DNA of 64,000 nucleotides, from the NCBI GenBank assembly GCA_965205485.1, contig OZ242180.1, forward strand, positions 3,232,001 to 3,296,000, written 5' to 3'. The notes under the pieces were generated by a model that worked only from the letters and a program-made list of their open reading frames with translations, did not search any database and was not told the origin of the DNA. Within the stretch, counting starts at the first letter, position 1. Each line of letters starts with the position of its first letter. This DNA comes from Candidatus Latescibacterota bacterium. GTDB taxonomy: Bacteria > Latescibacterota > UBA2968 > GCA-2709665. The position numbers were made by a program, and so were the translations under genes. Shown here in pieces: positions 8,567 to 17,806 of the stretch.

Positions 8567-10744
8567 TCACGTACCGCTGCCGAAGCTTCGGGCAAAGATC
8601 ACAAAATCGTTGAACCCGACCTCACCGTCGCCGTCCAGGTCGAAACGCGCGTCAAACCCGGCGTCGTCCCGGCTCTGACCGAACTGGGATGCAAACTGCA
8701 GGAAGTCGGGAAAGCCCACAGCGCCGTCGCCGTCGAAGTCGGTAGCAAGGGGTTGACGAGCGACATACGGCGAGACGTCCCACAATAGGATTGCGCTGCC
8801 GCCGCTGGCCAGTTTACTTCCGTCCGGAGAAAACGCCACCGACGGGACCCAATATGTATGCGCTGTGAAGGTGGCTTCTTCCTGCCCCGTGGCCGCGTTC
8901 CACAGCCGCACCGAACCGTCCGAACTGCAGCTGGCCAGCGTGGTCCCATCCGGTGAAAATACCACCGAATAGACCCATTCCGTATGTCCGGTGAGAGTGA
9001 ACTTTTCCTGCCCTGAGGCCACGTCCCACAACCTTACCGTACTGTCTTTACCGGCACTCGCCAGCGTGCCTCCATCCGGGGAAAATGCTACCGAACGGAC
9101 GTGCAGCGTATGTCCTGTGAGGGTGTTCTCTACCTGCCCTGAGGCCAGGTCCCACATCCGAACCGAATTGTCCGAACTGCCGCTGGCCAGCGTATTTCCA
9201 TCCGGCGAAAACGCTACCGAATAGACCGTGCCGAAATGTGGTGTCAAGGCGCTTTTCTCCTGCCCTGAGGCCACGTCCCACAACCGCACCGTACCAATCC
9301 CGCCGTCGCCACTTGCCAGCGTCTTTCCATCCGGCGAGAACGCCACCGACTCGACTCCTCGGGTATGTCCTGTGAGGGTGTGTTTTGCCTGCCCTGTGGC
9401 CGCGTCCCACAACCGCACAGATCCGTCCCAGCTGCTGCTTGCAAGCCTGGTCCCATCCGGCGAAAACGCTACCGAACTGACATCACGGGTATGACCCGTG
9501 AAAGTGCGTTTTACCTGCCCTGTGGCCACGTCCCACAACCGCGCTTTATCGTCCACATCACCGCTTGCCAACGTCGCCCCATCCGGCGAAAACGCCACCG
9601 ACCTGGTTGACCCGGAATGTCCCCTGAGAGTGCTCTTTTCCTGTCCCGTGGCCACGTCCCACAATCGCGCCGTATGATCCCAGCTGGCGCTTGCCAGCGA
9701 TGTTTCGTCCGGCGAAAACGCAATCGTCCTGATCGTCCCCGAATGTCCTGTCAGGGTGGTTTTTTCAGTTTGGTTGGCCAGGTCCCACAACCGCACCGTA
9801 TTGTCCGAACTGCCACTGGCCAGGGTCATTCCATCATGCGAAAACAACACCGACCTGACTGTCGCCGTATGTCCTGTGAGAGTATAATTGACCTGGCCTG
9901 TTGCCACGTCCCATAATCGCACCGTATTGTCGTAACCGCCGCTGGCCATGGTCTTCCCGTCCGGCGAAAACGCCACCGATCCGGGCCACCAGTTTTGTTC
10001 TGTTACTGCGCCTTTTTCTTCGCCGGTGGACACTTCCCACAATCTCAACGTACGATCACTACTGGTGCCGGCCAACGTCTTCCCATCTGGCGAAAACACC
10101 ACGGACGTGACAGACGACGTGTGTCCTGTGAGGGTGTTTTTCTCGTGCCCTGTGGCCGCGTCCCATAGCCGCACCGATTCGTCCCGACTGCCGCTTGCAA
10201 GCGTGGTCCCATCCGGTGAAAACACCACCGAATTGACAATGTTGGTATGTCCTGTGAGGGTGTTTTTCTCGTGTCCTGTGGCCGCGTCCCACACCCGCAC
10301 CGTCCTGTCCCAACCGCCGCTTGCCACCGCAGTACCATCGGGTGAAAACGCCACCGAAGTGACCCGATGGGTATGTCCGGTCAAGGTGCTTTTTTCCTGC
10401 CACGTGGCCACGTCCCACAACCGCACCGTATAGTCGCCACTGGCGCTGGCCAGCGTCGTCCCATCCGGCGAAAACACTATCGATACCACTTCACGTCTAT
10501 GACCCGCGAGCAGAGAAACTTCGTCACCGGTTTCAGCATCGTAAACCCAGATGCCAATGGTACCGCCCACCGCCAGCTGCGTCCCGTCCCGCGTCCAGGC
10601 CACCAGGCGTGATTCTCCTTTGCGCAGCCGCTTTAGTGCCCCCTGGGGCAATCCCATTCGTGTGTGATCCTGTGCGAGGCTGTCGTGTGAAAACAGGACA
10701 GTCGTCAATACTAGAGTGACGCCCAAAATCGTTGACCTCTTCAT
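8567..10744 (-). CDS. secreted WD40-repeat protein W1 (~15 blades) with C-terminal dockerin/EF-hand-like domain
   Basis: Signal peptide ending SLA|Q; 42-aa GH..SVAFSPDG..LAS..D.TVRLWD repeats; DFDGDGAVGFPDF / DLDGDGEVGFNDF tail. Confidence 0.92.
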   Translation of the reverse strand: MKRSTILGVTLVLTTVLFSHDSLAQDHTRMGLPQGALKRLRKGESRLVAWTRDGTQLAVGGTIGIWVYDAETGDEVSLLAGHRREVVSIVFSPDGTTLASASGDYTVRLWDVATWQEKSTLTGHTHRVTSVAFSPDGTAVASGGWDRTVRVWDAATGHEKNTLTGHTNIVNSVVFSPDGTTLASGSRDESVRLWDAATGHEKNTLTGHTSSVTSVVFSPDGKTLAGTSSDRTLRLWEVSTGEEKGAVTEQNWWPGSVAFSPDGKTMASGGYDNTVRLWDVATGQVNYTLTGHTATVRSVLFSHDGMTLASGSSDNTVRLWDLANQTEKTTLTGHSGTIRTIAFSPDETSLASASWDHTARLWDVATGQEKSTLRGHSGSTRSVAFSPDGATLASGDVDDKARLWDVATGQVKRTFTGHTRDVSSVAFSPDGTRLASSSWDGSVRLWDAATGQAKHTLTGHTRGVESVAFSPDGKTLASGDGGIGTVRLWDVASGQEKSALTPHFGTVYSVAFSPDGNTLASGSSDNSVRMWDLASGQVENTLTGHTLHVRSVAFSPDGGTLASAGKDSTVRLWDVASGQEKFTLTGHTEWVYSVVFSPDGTTLASCSSDGSVRLWNAATGQEEATFTAHTYWVPSVAFSPDGSKLASGGSAILLWDVSPYVARQPLATDFDGDGAVGFPDFLQFASQFGQSRDDAGFDARFDLDGDGEVGFNDFVIFARSFGSGT

Positions 10745-10908
10745 CTGAATGCCCTCCCTTACGATGATTGACTTTGATTACAAGGGATTGACTATGATCT
10801 AACGGAACGAAAAGACAGTGATTGATGTGGGTTTGTTGACGACCTGCACCGAGTGATGGATTCGTGGAGATAATTGGCGCGACCGGTTTCCTACACCGTT
10901 TGTTCGCT

Positions 10909-12996
10909 TCAGTTACCCCGGCCGAAGCTTTGGCTGAAGATCCGCCAATCCCAGGACCCGACCTCCCCATCGCCGTCCAGGTCGAAACGCGCGTCGTAAC
11001 CCGCATCTCCCCAGCGCAACCCGTATTGCGCGACGAATTGCAGAAAGTCGGCAAAGCCCACGGTGCCGTCGCCGTCGAAATCGGCAGCAAGGGGTTGCAG
11101 CGCGGCACGTGACGAGACGTCCCACAGCAAGATCGTACCGTCGTAACTGCCGCTTGCCAGCGTTTTCCCATCCGGGGAAAACACCACCGAATTGATCGGA
11201 TCGGTATGTCCCGTGAGGGCGCGTATATTCTGCCCTGTGGCCACGTCCCACAGCCATACCGCCTTGTGCGCACTGCCGGTTGCCAGCGTCATCCCATCCG
11301 GCGAATACGCCAACGAACGGAAATTATCGCCAGTGAAGGTGCGTATGTCCTGCCCTGTGTCCACGTCCCAAAACTGAACCGTACCGTCAATACCGGCGCT
11401 TGCCAGGGTCGTTCCATCCGGCGAAAACACCAAATCATGGACCCTATAGGTAGTTGCTGTGAGGGTGTGTTTCTCGTGCCCTGTGTCCACGTCCCACAAC
11501 CGCACGGAGCTGTCTCCACCAGCGCCTGCGAGCGTCTTACCATCCGGCGAAAACGCCACTGTCGCGAGTCTATTAATATGTGCTGTGAGGGTGTGTTTCT
11601 CGTGCCCTGTGTCCACGTCCCATAACCGCACCGTATCGTCCTGATATCCGCCAGCGCTTGCCAGCGTCTTGCCATCAGGCGAAAACGCCACCGACTCGAC
11701 AGGGCCTGAATGTCCCGTGAGGGTGTGTTTCTCGTGCCCCGTGTCCACCTCCCACAGCCGCACCGTATCGTCCCGATAGCCGCCACCGCTTGCCAGGGTC
11801 AACCCATCCGGCGAAAACGCCACCGACTCGACCCGGCGGGTATGTCCTTCGATGGTGCGTATATCCTGCCCGGTTTCCACATCCCACAATCGGACCATGT
11901 GGTCGCTACCGCCGCTTGCCAGCATCTTCCCGTCCGGCGAATACACAACCGAATTGACGGTGGATGTATGCCCTTCAAGTCTGAGGGTGCCCTTCTCCAG
12001 CCCGGTTTCCACGTCCCACTGCCGCACCGTATTGTCGAAGGTGCGACTTGCCAGGCTCATCCCGTCCTGCGAGTACGCAACCGACTGGACTCTGGACTCA
12101 TGCCCTGTGAGTGTGTGTTTCTCCTGCCCTGTAGCCACGTCCCAAACCCGCACGGTACTGTCCCGACTGGCGCTGGCCAGCGTCGATCCATCGGGCGAAA
12201 ACACGACCGAATACACCCAATGGGTATGCCCGTCCAGGGTGAATTCTTCCTGTCCCGTTTCCAGGTCCCACAACCTTACAGTTTGGTCGTAACTGGCGCT
12301 TGCCAGCGTCAATCCGTCCGGCGAAAAGGCCACCGACCGGACCTCATTGGTATGTGCCTTGAGGGTGTGTTCTTCCTGCCCTGTGACCACATCCCACACC
12401 CGCACGGTACTGTCCCGGCTGGCGCTGGCCAGCGTGGCTCCATCGGGGGAAAATACGACCGACATGACCCAGGGGTTACTAATCTTATCGGTGTACTTTT
12501 CGTTGATGAGCCTGTGTTTTTGCTGCTCAGTGGCCACGTCCCACACCCGCACCGTGCCGTCGCGACTCCCGCTCGCCAGCGTCAGACCATCGGGCGAGAA
12601 TGCCACCGCCTCGACGTCGTACCTATGCCCTGTGAGGATGCTTTTTTCCTGTCCTGTGGCCACGTCCCACAACCGCACGGTATCGTCGCGACTGCCGCTT
12701 GCCAGCGTCAGCCCATCGGGAGAAAACGCAACCGCATTGACTCGGAACGAATGTCCTGTGATGAAGGAAATTTCCTCTCCTGTGCGGGCATCGTAGAGCC
12801 AGATGCCGGCGGTGCCCCCCGCGGCCAGGCGCGTGCGGTCCGGCGACCAGGCCACGTCAAGCACGTTTCCTTTACCCAACCGCATGCGGGCCCCTTCAGG
12901 CAGGCTCCAGCGGAGGTAGTCCTGTGCGCGGCTGTCCTGGGCGATCAAGACGGCCGTCAAAAGAAGAATCAGGCTCGAAATCGTAGACCTTTTCAT
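10909..12996 (-). CDS. secreted WD40-repeat protein W2 (14 blades) with dockerin/EF-hand-like tail
   Basis: Signal peptide SRA|Q; 14 WD40 units counted; paired DxDxDG motifs. Confidence 0.92.
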   Translation of the reverse strand: MKRSTISSLILLLTAVLIAQDSRAQDYLRWSLPEGARMRLGKGNVLDVAWSPDRTRLAAGGTAGIWLYDARTGEEISFITGHSFRVNAVAFSPDGLTLASGSRDDTVRLWDVATGQEKSILTGHRYDVEAVAFSPDGLTLASGSRDGTVRVWDVATEQQKHRLINEKYTDKISNPWVMSVVFSPDGATLASASRDSTVRVWDVVTGQEEHTLKAHTNEVRSVAFSPDGLTLASASYDQTVRLWDLETGQEEFTLDGHTHWVYSVVFSPDGSTLASASRDSTVRVWDVATGQEKHTLTGHESRVQSVAYSQDGMSLASRTFDNTVRQWDVETGLEKGTLRLEGHTSTVNSVVYSPDGKMLASGGSDHMVRLWDVETGQDIRTIEGHTRRVESVAFSPDGLTLASGGGYRDDTVRLWEVDTGHEKHTLTGHSGPVESVAFSPDGKTLASAGGYQDDTVRLWDVDTGHEKHTLTAHINRLATVAFSPDGKTLAGAGGDSSVRLWDVDTGHEKHTLTATTYRVHDLVFSPDGTTLASAGIDGTVQFWDVDTGQDIRTFTGDNFRSLAYSPDGMTLATGSAHKAVWLWDVATGQNIRALTGHTDPINSVVFSPDGKTLASGSYDGTILLWDVSSRAALQPLAADFDGDGTVGFADFLQFVAQYGLRWGDAGYDARFDLDGDGEVGSWDWRIFSQSFGRGN

Positions 12997-13111
12997 CTGA
13001 ATTCCCTCCCTAACTGTGATAAATTCTGACTAAACCGAATGGTGAGACTGAGATTGACGGTGACTTCTATCTTGGCTTTGCGCGACCTGTTTCCGACACC
13101 GCTTGTTCGCT

Positions 13112-15187
13112 TCAGGTACCCCGACTGAAGCTTTTTCTGAAAATCGACCAATCGGGGTACCCGATATCCCCGTCGTTATCCAAATCAAAGCGTGGGTCGT
13201 ATCCCGTATCTCCCCAGCTCAGCCCGAACTTCGCGGCAAATTGCAGAAAGTCGGAAAAGCCCACGGAACCGTCGCCATCGAAGTCGGCGGCAAGGGGTTG
13301 CAACGCGTCACGTGACGAGACATCCCATAGCAGAATCGTTCCATCGTAACTGGCGCTTGCAAGCGTTCTGCGGTCCGGCGAAAACGCCACCGTCCAGATC
13401 GGAGCGGTATGTCCTCTTAGGGCGCGTATATTCTGCCCGGTGGCCACGTCCCACAGCCATACCGCCTTGTACGGACTGCTGGTTGCCAGCGTCTTTCCAT
13501 CCGGCGAGAACGCAATGGAAAAGAAATTCTCGCTACGTGCTGAGAATGTGTTTTTCTCCTGTCCTGCGGCCGCGTCCCACAACCGCACCGTGCCCCGGGA
13601 ATCGGAGCTTGCAAGCGTCCTGCCATCGGGCGAAAACACCACCGCATGGAGCCCTGCATTGTGTCCTGTGAGGGTGATTTTCTCACGCCCGGTTGACGGA
13701 TCCCACAACTTCACCGTCTCGTCGTAACTGGCGCTTGCAAGCGTCGATCCATCGGGCGAAAACGCCACCCAGGAGACAGACGCCGTATGTCCCGTGAGGC
13801 TGTGTTTCTCCTGCCCCGTGGTCACGTCCCACAATCGAACCGTTTCGTCCCGACCGCCGGCGCTTGCAAGTGTGGTCCCATCCGGCGAAAACGCCACCGA
13901 CTCGACAGACGACGTATGTCCGGTGAGGGTGAGTTTCTCCTGCCCAGTGGCCGCTTCCCACAACCGCATAGTTCCGTCCCGACCGCCGCCGGTTGCCAGC
14001 ATGGTCCCATCCAGCGAGTACGCCAATGACCCATCTCCTGCGAAAGTGCTTTTTACCTGTCCTGTGGCCACGTCCCACAACCGGATGCCAGGGTCGTTAC
14101 CACTGCCTGCCAGGGTCTGTCCATCCGGCGAGAACGCCAACGAGTTCACAGATTGTGTATGCCCTGTAAGGCGTAGGGTGCTTTTCTCCTGCCCCGTTTC
14201 TACGTCCCATGTCCGGACCGTATTGTCAAAACTGCGGCTCTCCAGCGCCACCCCATCCTGCGAATAAACGACCGATCGGACGCTGGACGAATGTCCTGTG
14301 ATGGTACTCATCTCCTGCCCTGTGCCCGTGTCCCACACCCGTACCGTACTGTCCCGACCCGCGCTTGCCAGCGTCAGACCGTCGGGCGAATACGCAATCG
14401 AATACACATAGTGGGTATGTCCTTCCAGGGTGCTTTTTTCCTGTCCCGTTTCCACGTCCCACAGCCGCACGGTATTGTCCAGGCTTGCACTGGCCAGCGT
14501 CAACCCGTCCGGCGAAAAAGCCACCGACGTGGCCCGACGGGTATGTCCTGTGAGCGTATGTATTTCCTGGCCTGTATTCACGTCCCACACCCGCACCGTC
14601 GTGTCACGATTGGCGCTTGCCAGCGTCAGACCGTCGGGTGAAAACGCCACCGAATAGACAAAGGGCCTGTTCCGCAACTCCCGGTACTTTTCGTTCAAGA
14701 GGGTGTGTTTTTCCCGCCCGGTGGCCGTGTCCCACACCCGCACCGTACCGTCGCGACTGCCGCTTGCCAGCATCGTCCCATCCTGCGAGAATGCCACCGC
14801 CTCGACGTCGTATGTATGTCCCGTGAAGATGCTCTTTTCCTGTCCGTTGGCCACGTCCCATAATCGCACTGTGTCGTCACGGCTGCCACTTGCCAGCGTC
14901 AGACCGTCGGGCGAAAACGCAACCGCATTGACCCTGAACGCATGTCCTGTGATCAGGGAAATTTCCGCGCCGGTGATGGCATCGTAGAGCCAGATGCCGG
15001 CGGTGCCCCCCGCGGCCAGACGCGTGCGGTCCGGCGACCAGGCCACGTCGAGCACGTTTCCCTTACCCAACCGCATGCGGGCCCCTTCGGGCAGGCGCCA
15101 GCGATTGTAGTCCTGCGCGTGGCTGTTCTGTGCAAACAAGACTGCTGCCAAGAGAAGAATTGTACTGGAAGTCGTAGACCTTTTCAT
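13112..15187 (-). CDS. secreted WD40-repeat protein W3 (14 blades) with dockerin/EF-hand-like tail
   Basis: Signal peptide SHA|Q; 14 WD40 units; paired DxDxDG motifs. Confidence 0.92.
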   Translation of the reverse strand: MKRSTTSSTILLLAAVLFAQNSHAQDYNRWRLPEGARMRLGKGNVLDVAWSPDRTRLAAGGTAGIWLYDAITGAEISLITGHAFRVNAVAFSPDGLTLASGSRDDTVRLWDVANGQEKSIFTGHTYDVEAVAFSQDGTMLASGSRDGTVRVWDTATGREKHTLLNEKYRELRNRPFVYSVAFSPDGLTLASANRDTTVRVWDVNTGQEIHTLTGHTRRATSVAFSPDGLTLASASLDNTVRLWDVETGQEKSTLEGHTHYVYSIAYSPDGLTLASAGRDSTVRVWDTGTGQEMSTITGHSSSVRSVVYSQDGVALESRSFDNTVRTWDVETGQEKSTLRLTGHTQSVNSLAFSPDGQTLAGSGNDPGIRLWDVATGQVKSTFAGDGSLAYSLDGTMLATGGGRDGTMRLWEAATGQEKLTLTGHTSSVESVAFSPDGTTLASAGGRDETVRLWDVTTGQEKHSLTGHTASVSWVAFSPDGSTLASASYDETVKLWDPSTGREKITLTGHNAGLHAVVFSPDGRTLASSDSRGTVRLWDAAAGQEKNTFSARSENFFSIAFSPDGKTLATSSPYKAVWLWDVATGQNIRALRGHTAPIWTVAFSPDRRTLASASYDGTILLWDVSSRDALQPLAADFDGDGSVGFSDFLQFAAKFGLSWGDTGYDPRFDLDNDGDIGYPDWSIFRKSFSRGT

Positions 15188-15351
15188 CTGAATGCCCTCC
15201 CTTAATGTGATTGACCTTGATTACGAGGGATTGACGATGATTCAACGGCACGAAAAGACAGTGATTGATGTGAGCTTGTTGAGAACCTCGAGCGAGTGAT
15301 GGATTCGTGGAGAAAACTGGCCCGACCGGTTTCCGACACGGTTTGTCCGCT

Positions 15352-17430
15352 TCAGCTACCCCGGCCGAAGCTTTTCCGGAAGATCCAGAAATCGGCAGAA
15401 CCGACGTCACCGTCGCCGTCAAGATCGAAGCGCGCGTCATATCCCACGTCTCCCCAGCGTAGCCCGTAATTCGCGACGAATTGAAGATAGTCGGAAAAGC
15501 CCACGACCCCGTCGCCGTCGAAATCGGCAGCAAGGGGTTGCAGCGCGGCACGTGACGAGACGTCCCACAGCAGAATCGTACCGTCGTAACTGCCGCTCGC
15601 CAGCGTTTTTCCATCCGGCGAGAACACCACCGAATAGATCGGATCGGTATGTCCCGAGAGAGTGCGTATATCCTGCCCTGTGGCCACGTCCCACAACCAC
15701 ACCGCCTTGAAAGGACTGCCGGTTGCCAGCGTCAGACCATCGGGCGAATACGCCAGCGTCCAGAAATTATCGCCGCTTGCGAGTGAGCGTTTATGCTGGC
15801 CTGTATCCGCATCCCACAACCGCACCGTACCGCCGATGTCGGCGCTTGCAAGCGTCGCCCCATCCGGTGAAAACGCGACGTCCTGGATCGCCCGGGTTTG
15901 ACCTGAGAGTGTATACCTCTCCTGTCCGGTTGCCGGATCCCACACCCGCATCGTTTGGTCGTGACTGGCGCTTACCAGTGTCCTGCCATCCGGCGAGAAC
16001 TTCACAGAAGTGACATCTTCCGTATGTCCTGAGAACGTATATTTCTCGTGCCCTGTGGCCAGGTCCCACACCCGCACCGTCCCGTCGCGACTGCCGCTTG
16101 CCAGCGTCCTGCCATCCGGCGAGAATGCCACCGACCTGACAGTGCCCGTATGTCCTGTGAGGGTGTTTTTCTCCTGCCCTGTGGCCGCGTTCCACACCCG
16201 CACCGTATTGTCGTAACCGCCGCTTGCCAGCATCATCCCATCCGGCGAAAACGTTACCGACCTGACCCCACGGGTATGTCCTGCGAAGGTGCCTATATCC
16301 TGCCCGGTGGACACGTCCCACAACCTGACCATACGGTCGTTACCGCCGCTTGCCAGAATCTTCCCGTCCGGCGAATATGCCACCGACAGGACGACGGAGG
16401 TATGCCCTGTAAGTGTGAGGGCGCCATTCTCCAGCCCGGTTTCCACGTCCCACGCCCGGACCGAATTGTCGAAACTGCGGCTTGCCAGGGTCATTCCATC
16501 CGGTGAATATGCAACTGACAGCACGGTGGACGTATGTCCTGTGAGGATACTTTTCTCCTGCCCCGTGGCGGCGTCCCACAACTTGATTGTACGGTCCTGA
16601 CTGCCGCTTGCAAGTTCCGATCCATCGGGCGAATACACCACGGCATACACCACATGGGTATGTCCTTCCAGGGTGTGCTCTTCCTGTCCCGTTTCCACGT
16701 CCCACAACCGTACGGTACTGTCCCGACCGGCGCTTGCCAGTTTCGTTCCATCCGGCGAAAACGCTACCGAAGTGGGTCTATTCGTATGTCCGACGAGCGT
16801 GTGTTTTTCCTGCCCTGTGTTCACGTCCCACACCCGTACCGTCGTGTCACGATTGGCGCTTGCCAGCGTCCGACCGTCGGGTGAAAACGTGACCGAATAG
16901 ACAAAGGGCCTGTTCAGCAACTCCCGGTACTTTTCGTTCAAGAGCGTGTGTTTTTCCTGCCCGGTGGCTACGTCCCACAGGCGTACCGTACCGTCGCGAC
17001 TGCCGCTTGCCAGGGTCGTCCCATCTGGCGAGAATGCCACCGCCTCGACATCGTAGGTATGTCCCGTGAAGATACTTTTTTCCTCTCCTGTATTAACGTC
17101 CCATAACCGCACCGTATCGTCTCGACTGCCACTTGCCAATGTCAGGCCGTCGGGCGAAAACGCAATCCCATTGACTCTGAACGAATGTCCTGTGATCAGG
17201 GAAACTTCCGCTCCGGTGTGGGCATCGTAGAGCCAGATTCCGGCGGTGCCTCCCACGGCCAGGAGCGTCCGGTCCGGCGACCAGGCCACGTCGCGCACGT
17301 AGCCTTTGCCCAGACGCATGTGCGCTCCTTCCGGCAAGCTCCAGCGAACGTAGTCCTGCGCGCTGCCGGTTTGTGCCAGCAAGACAATTGTCAAAAGAGG
17401 AATGAGACCGAAAAACATATGTTTTTTCAT
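15352..17430 (-). CDS. secreted WD40-repeat protein W4 (14 blades) with dockerin/EF-hand-like tail
   Basis: Start set to ATG 17430 (MKKHMFFGLIPLL..GSA|Q) from the shared CAG-ATG context of the paralogs. Confidence 0.9.
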   Translation of the reverse strand: MKKHMFFGLIPLLTIVLLAQTGSAQDYVRWSLPEGAHMRLGKGYVRDVAWSPDRTLLAVGGTAGIWLYDAHTGAEVSLITGHSFRVNGIAFSPDGLTLASGSRDDTVRLWDVNTGEEKSIFTGHTYDVEAVAFSPDGTTLASGSRDGTVRLWDVATGQEKHTLLNEKYRELLNRPFVYSVTFSPDGRTLASANRDTTVRVWDVNTGQEKHTLVGHTNRPTSVAFSPDGTKLASAGRDSTVRLWDVETGQEEHTLEGHTHVVYAVVYSPDGSELASGSQDRTIKLWDAATGQEKSILTGHTSTVLSVAYSPDGMTLASRSFDNSVRAWDVETGLENGALTLTGHTSVVLSVAYSPDGKILASGGNDRMVRLWDVSTGQDIGTFAGHTRGVRSVTFSPDGMMLASGGYDNTVRVWNAATGQEKNTLTGHTGTVRSVAFSPDGRTLASGSRDGTVRVWDLATGHEKYTFSGHTEDVTSVKFSPDGRTLVSASHDQTMRVWDPATGQERYTLSGQTRAIQDVAFSPDGATLASADIGGTVRLWDADTGQHKRSLASGDNFWTLAYSPDGLTLATGSPFKAVWLWDVATGQDIRTLSGHTDPIYSVVFSPDGKTLASGSYDGTILLWDVSSRAALQPLAADFDGDGVVGFSDYLQFVANYGLRWGDVGYDARFDLDGDGDVGSADFWIFRKSFGRGS

Positions 17431-17806
17431 CTGATTGTCCTTTCCCAATTTGAAAACGTGTGTAACGACAGTAACTGATGCGACTATTGCAATGACCTGG
17501 AGCGAGTGACGGGTTCGTCGAGAGAACTGGCGTATATCGCTCTTCCGTTCAAGCAGCGAGTCGATTAACTTCCGCACTTTCCGTGAGGCGTTGCTTCTCA
17601 ACTACACATACTGCTGTCCGACTCTTCGCGACGTGGATTCCGATATCACCTCCTTTCGAAACGCGGCCAGATTGGTTGAGCGACGGAATGTCAAAACAGA
17701 GGTCGGTCAAGGCTTTGACTCTCATGCGGCGAACCCGCCCAATGGGGGTGGACTCCCGGCCCTTTTTAAACTGGGCGCGACCGGTTTCCGACACGGTTGG
17801 TTCGCT

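Noticed and set aside
17549..17770. tmRNA (peptide ending RLAA*, T-loop-like GGACTCCC) or a 16S rRNA 3' end (ATCACCTCCTTT)
   Set aside because: The tag-like frame and the T-loop-like motif are on opposite strands, there is no tRNA-like acceptor stem, and no other rRNA sequence is present.
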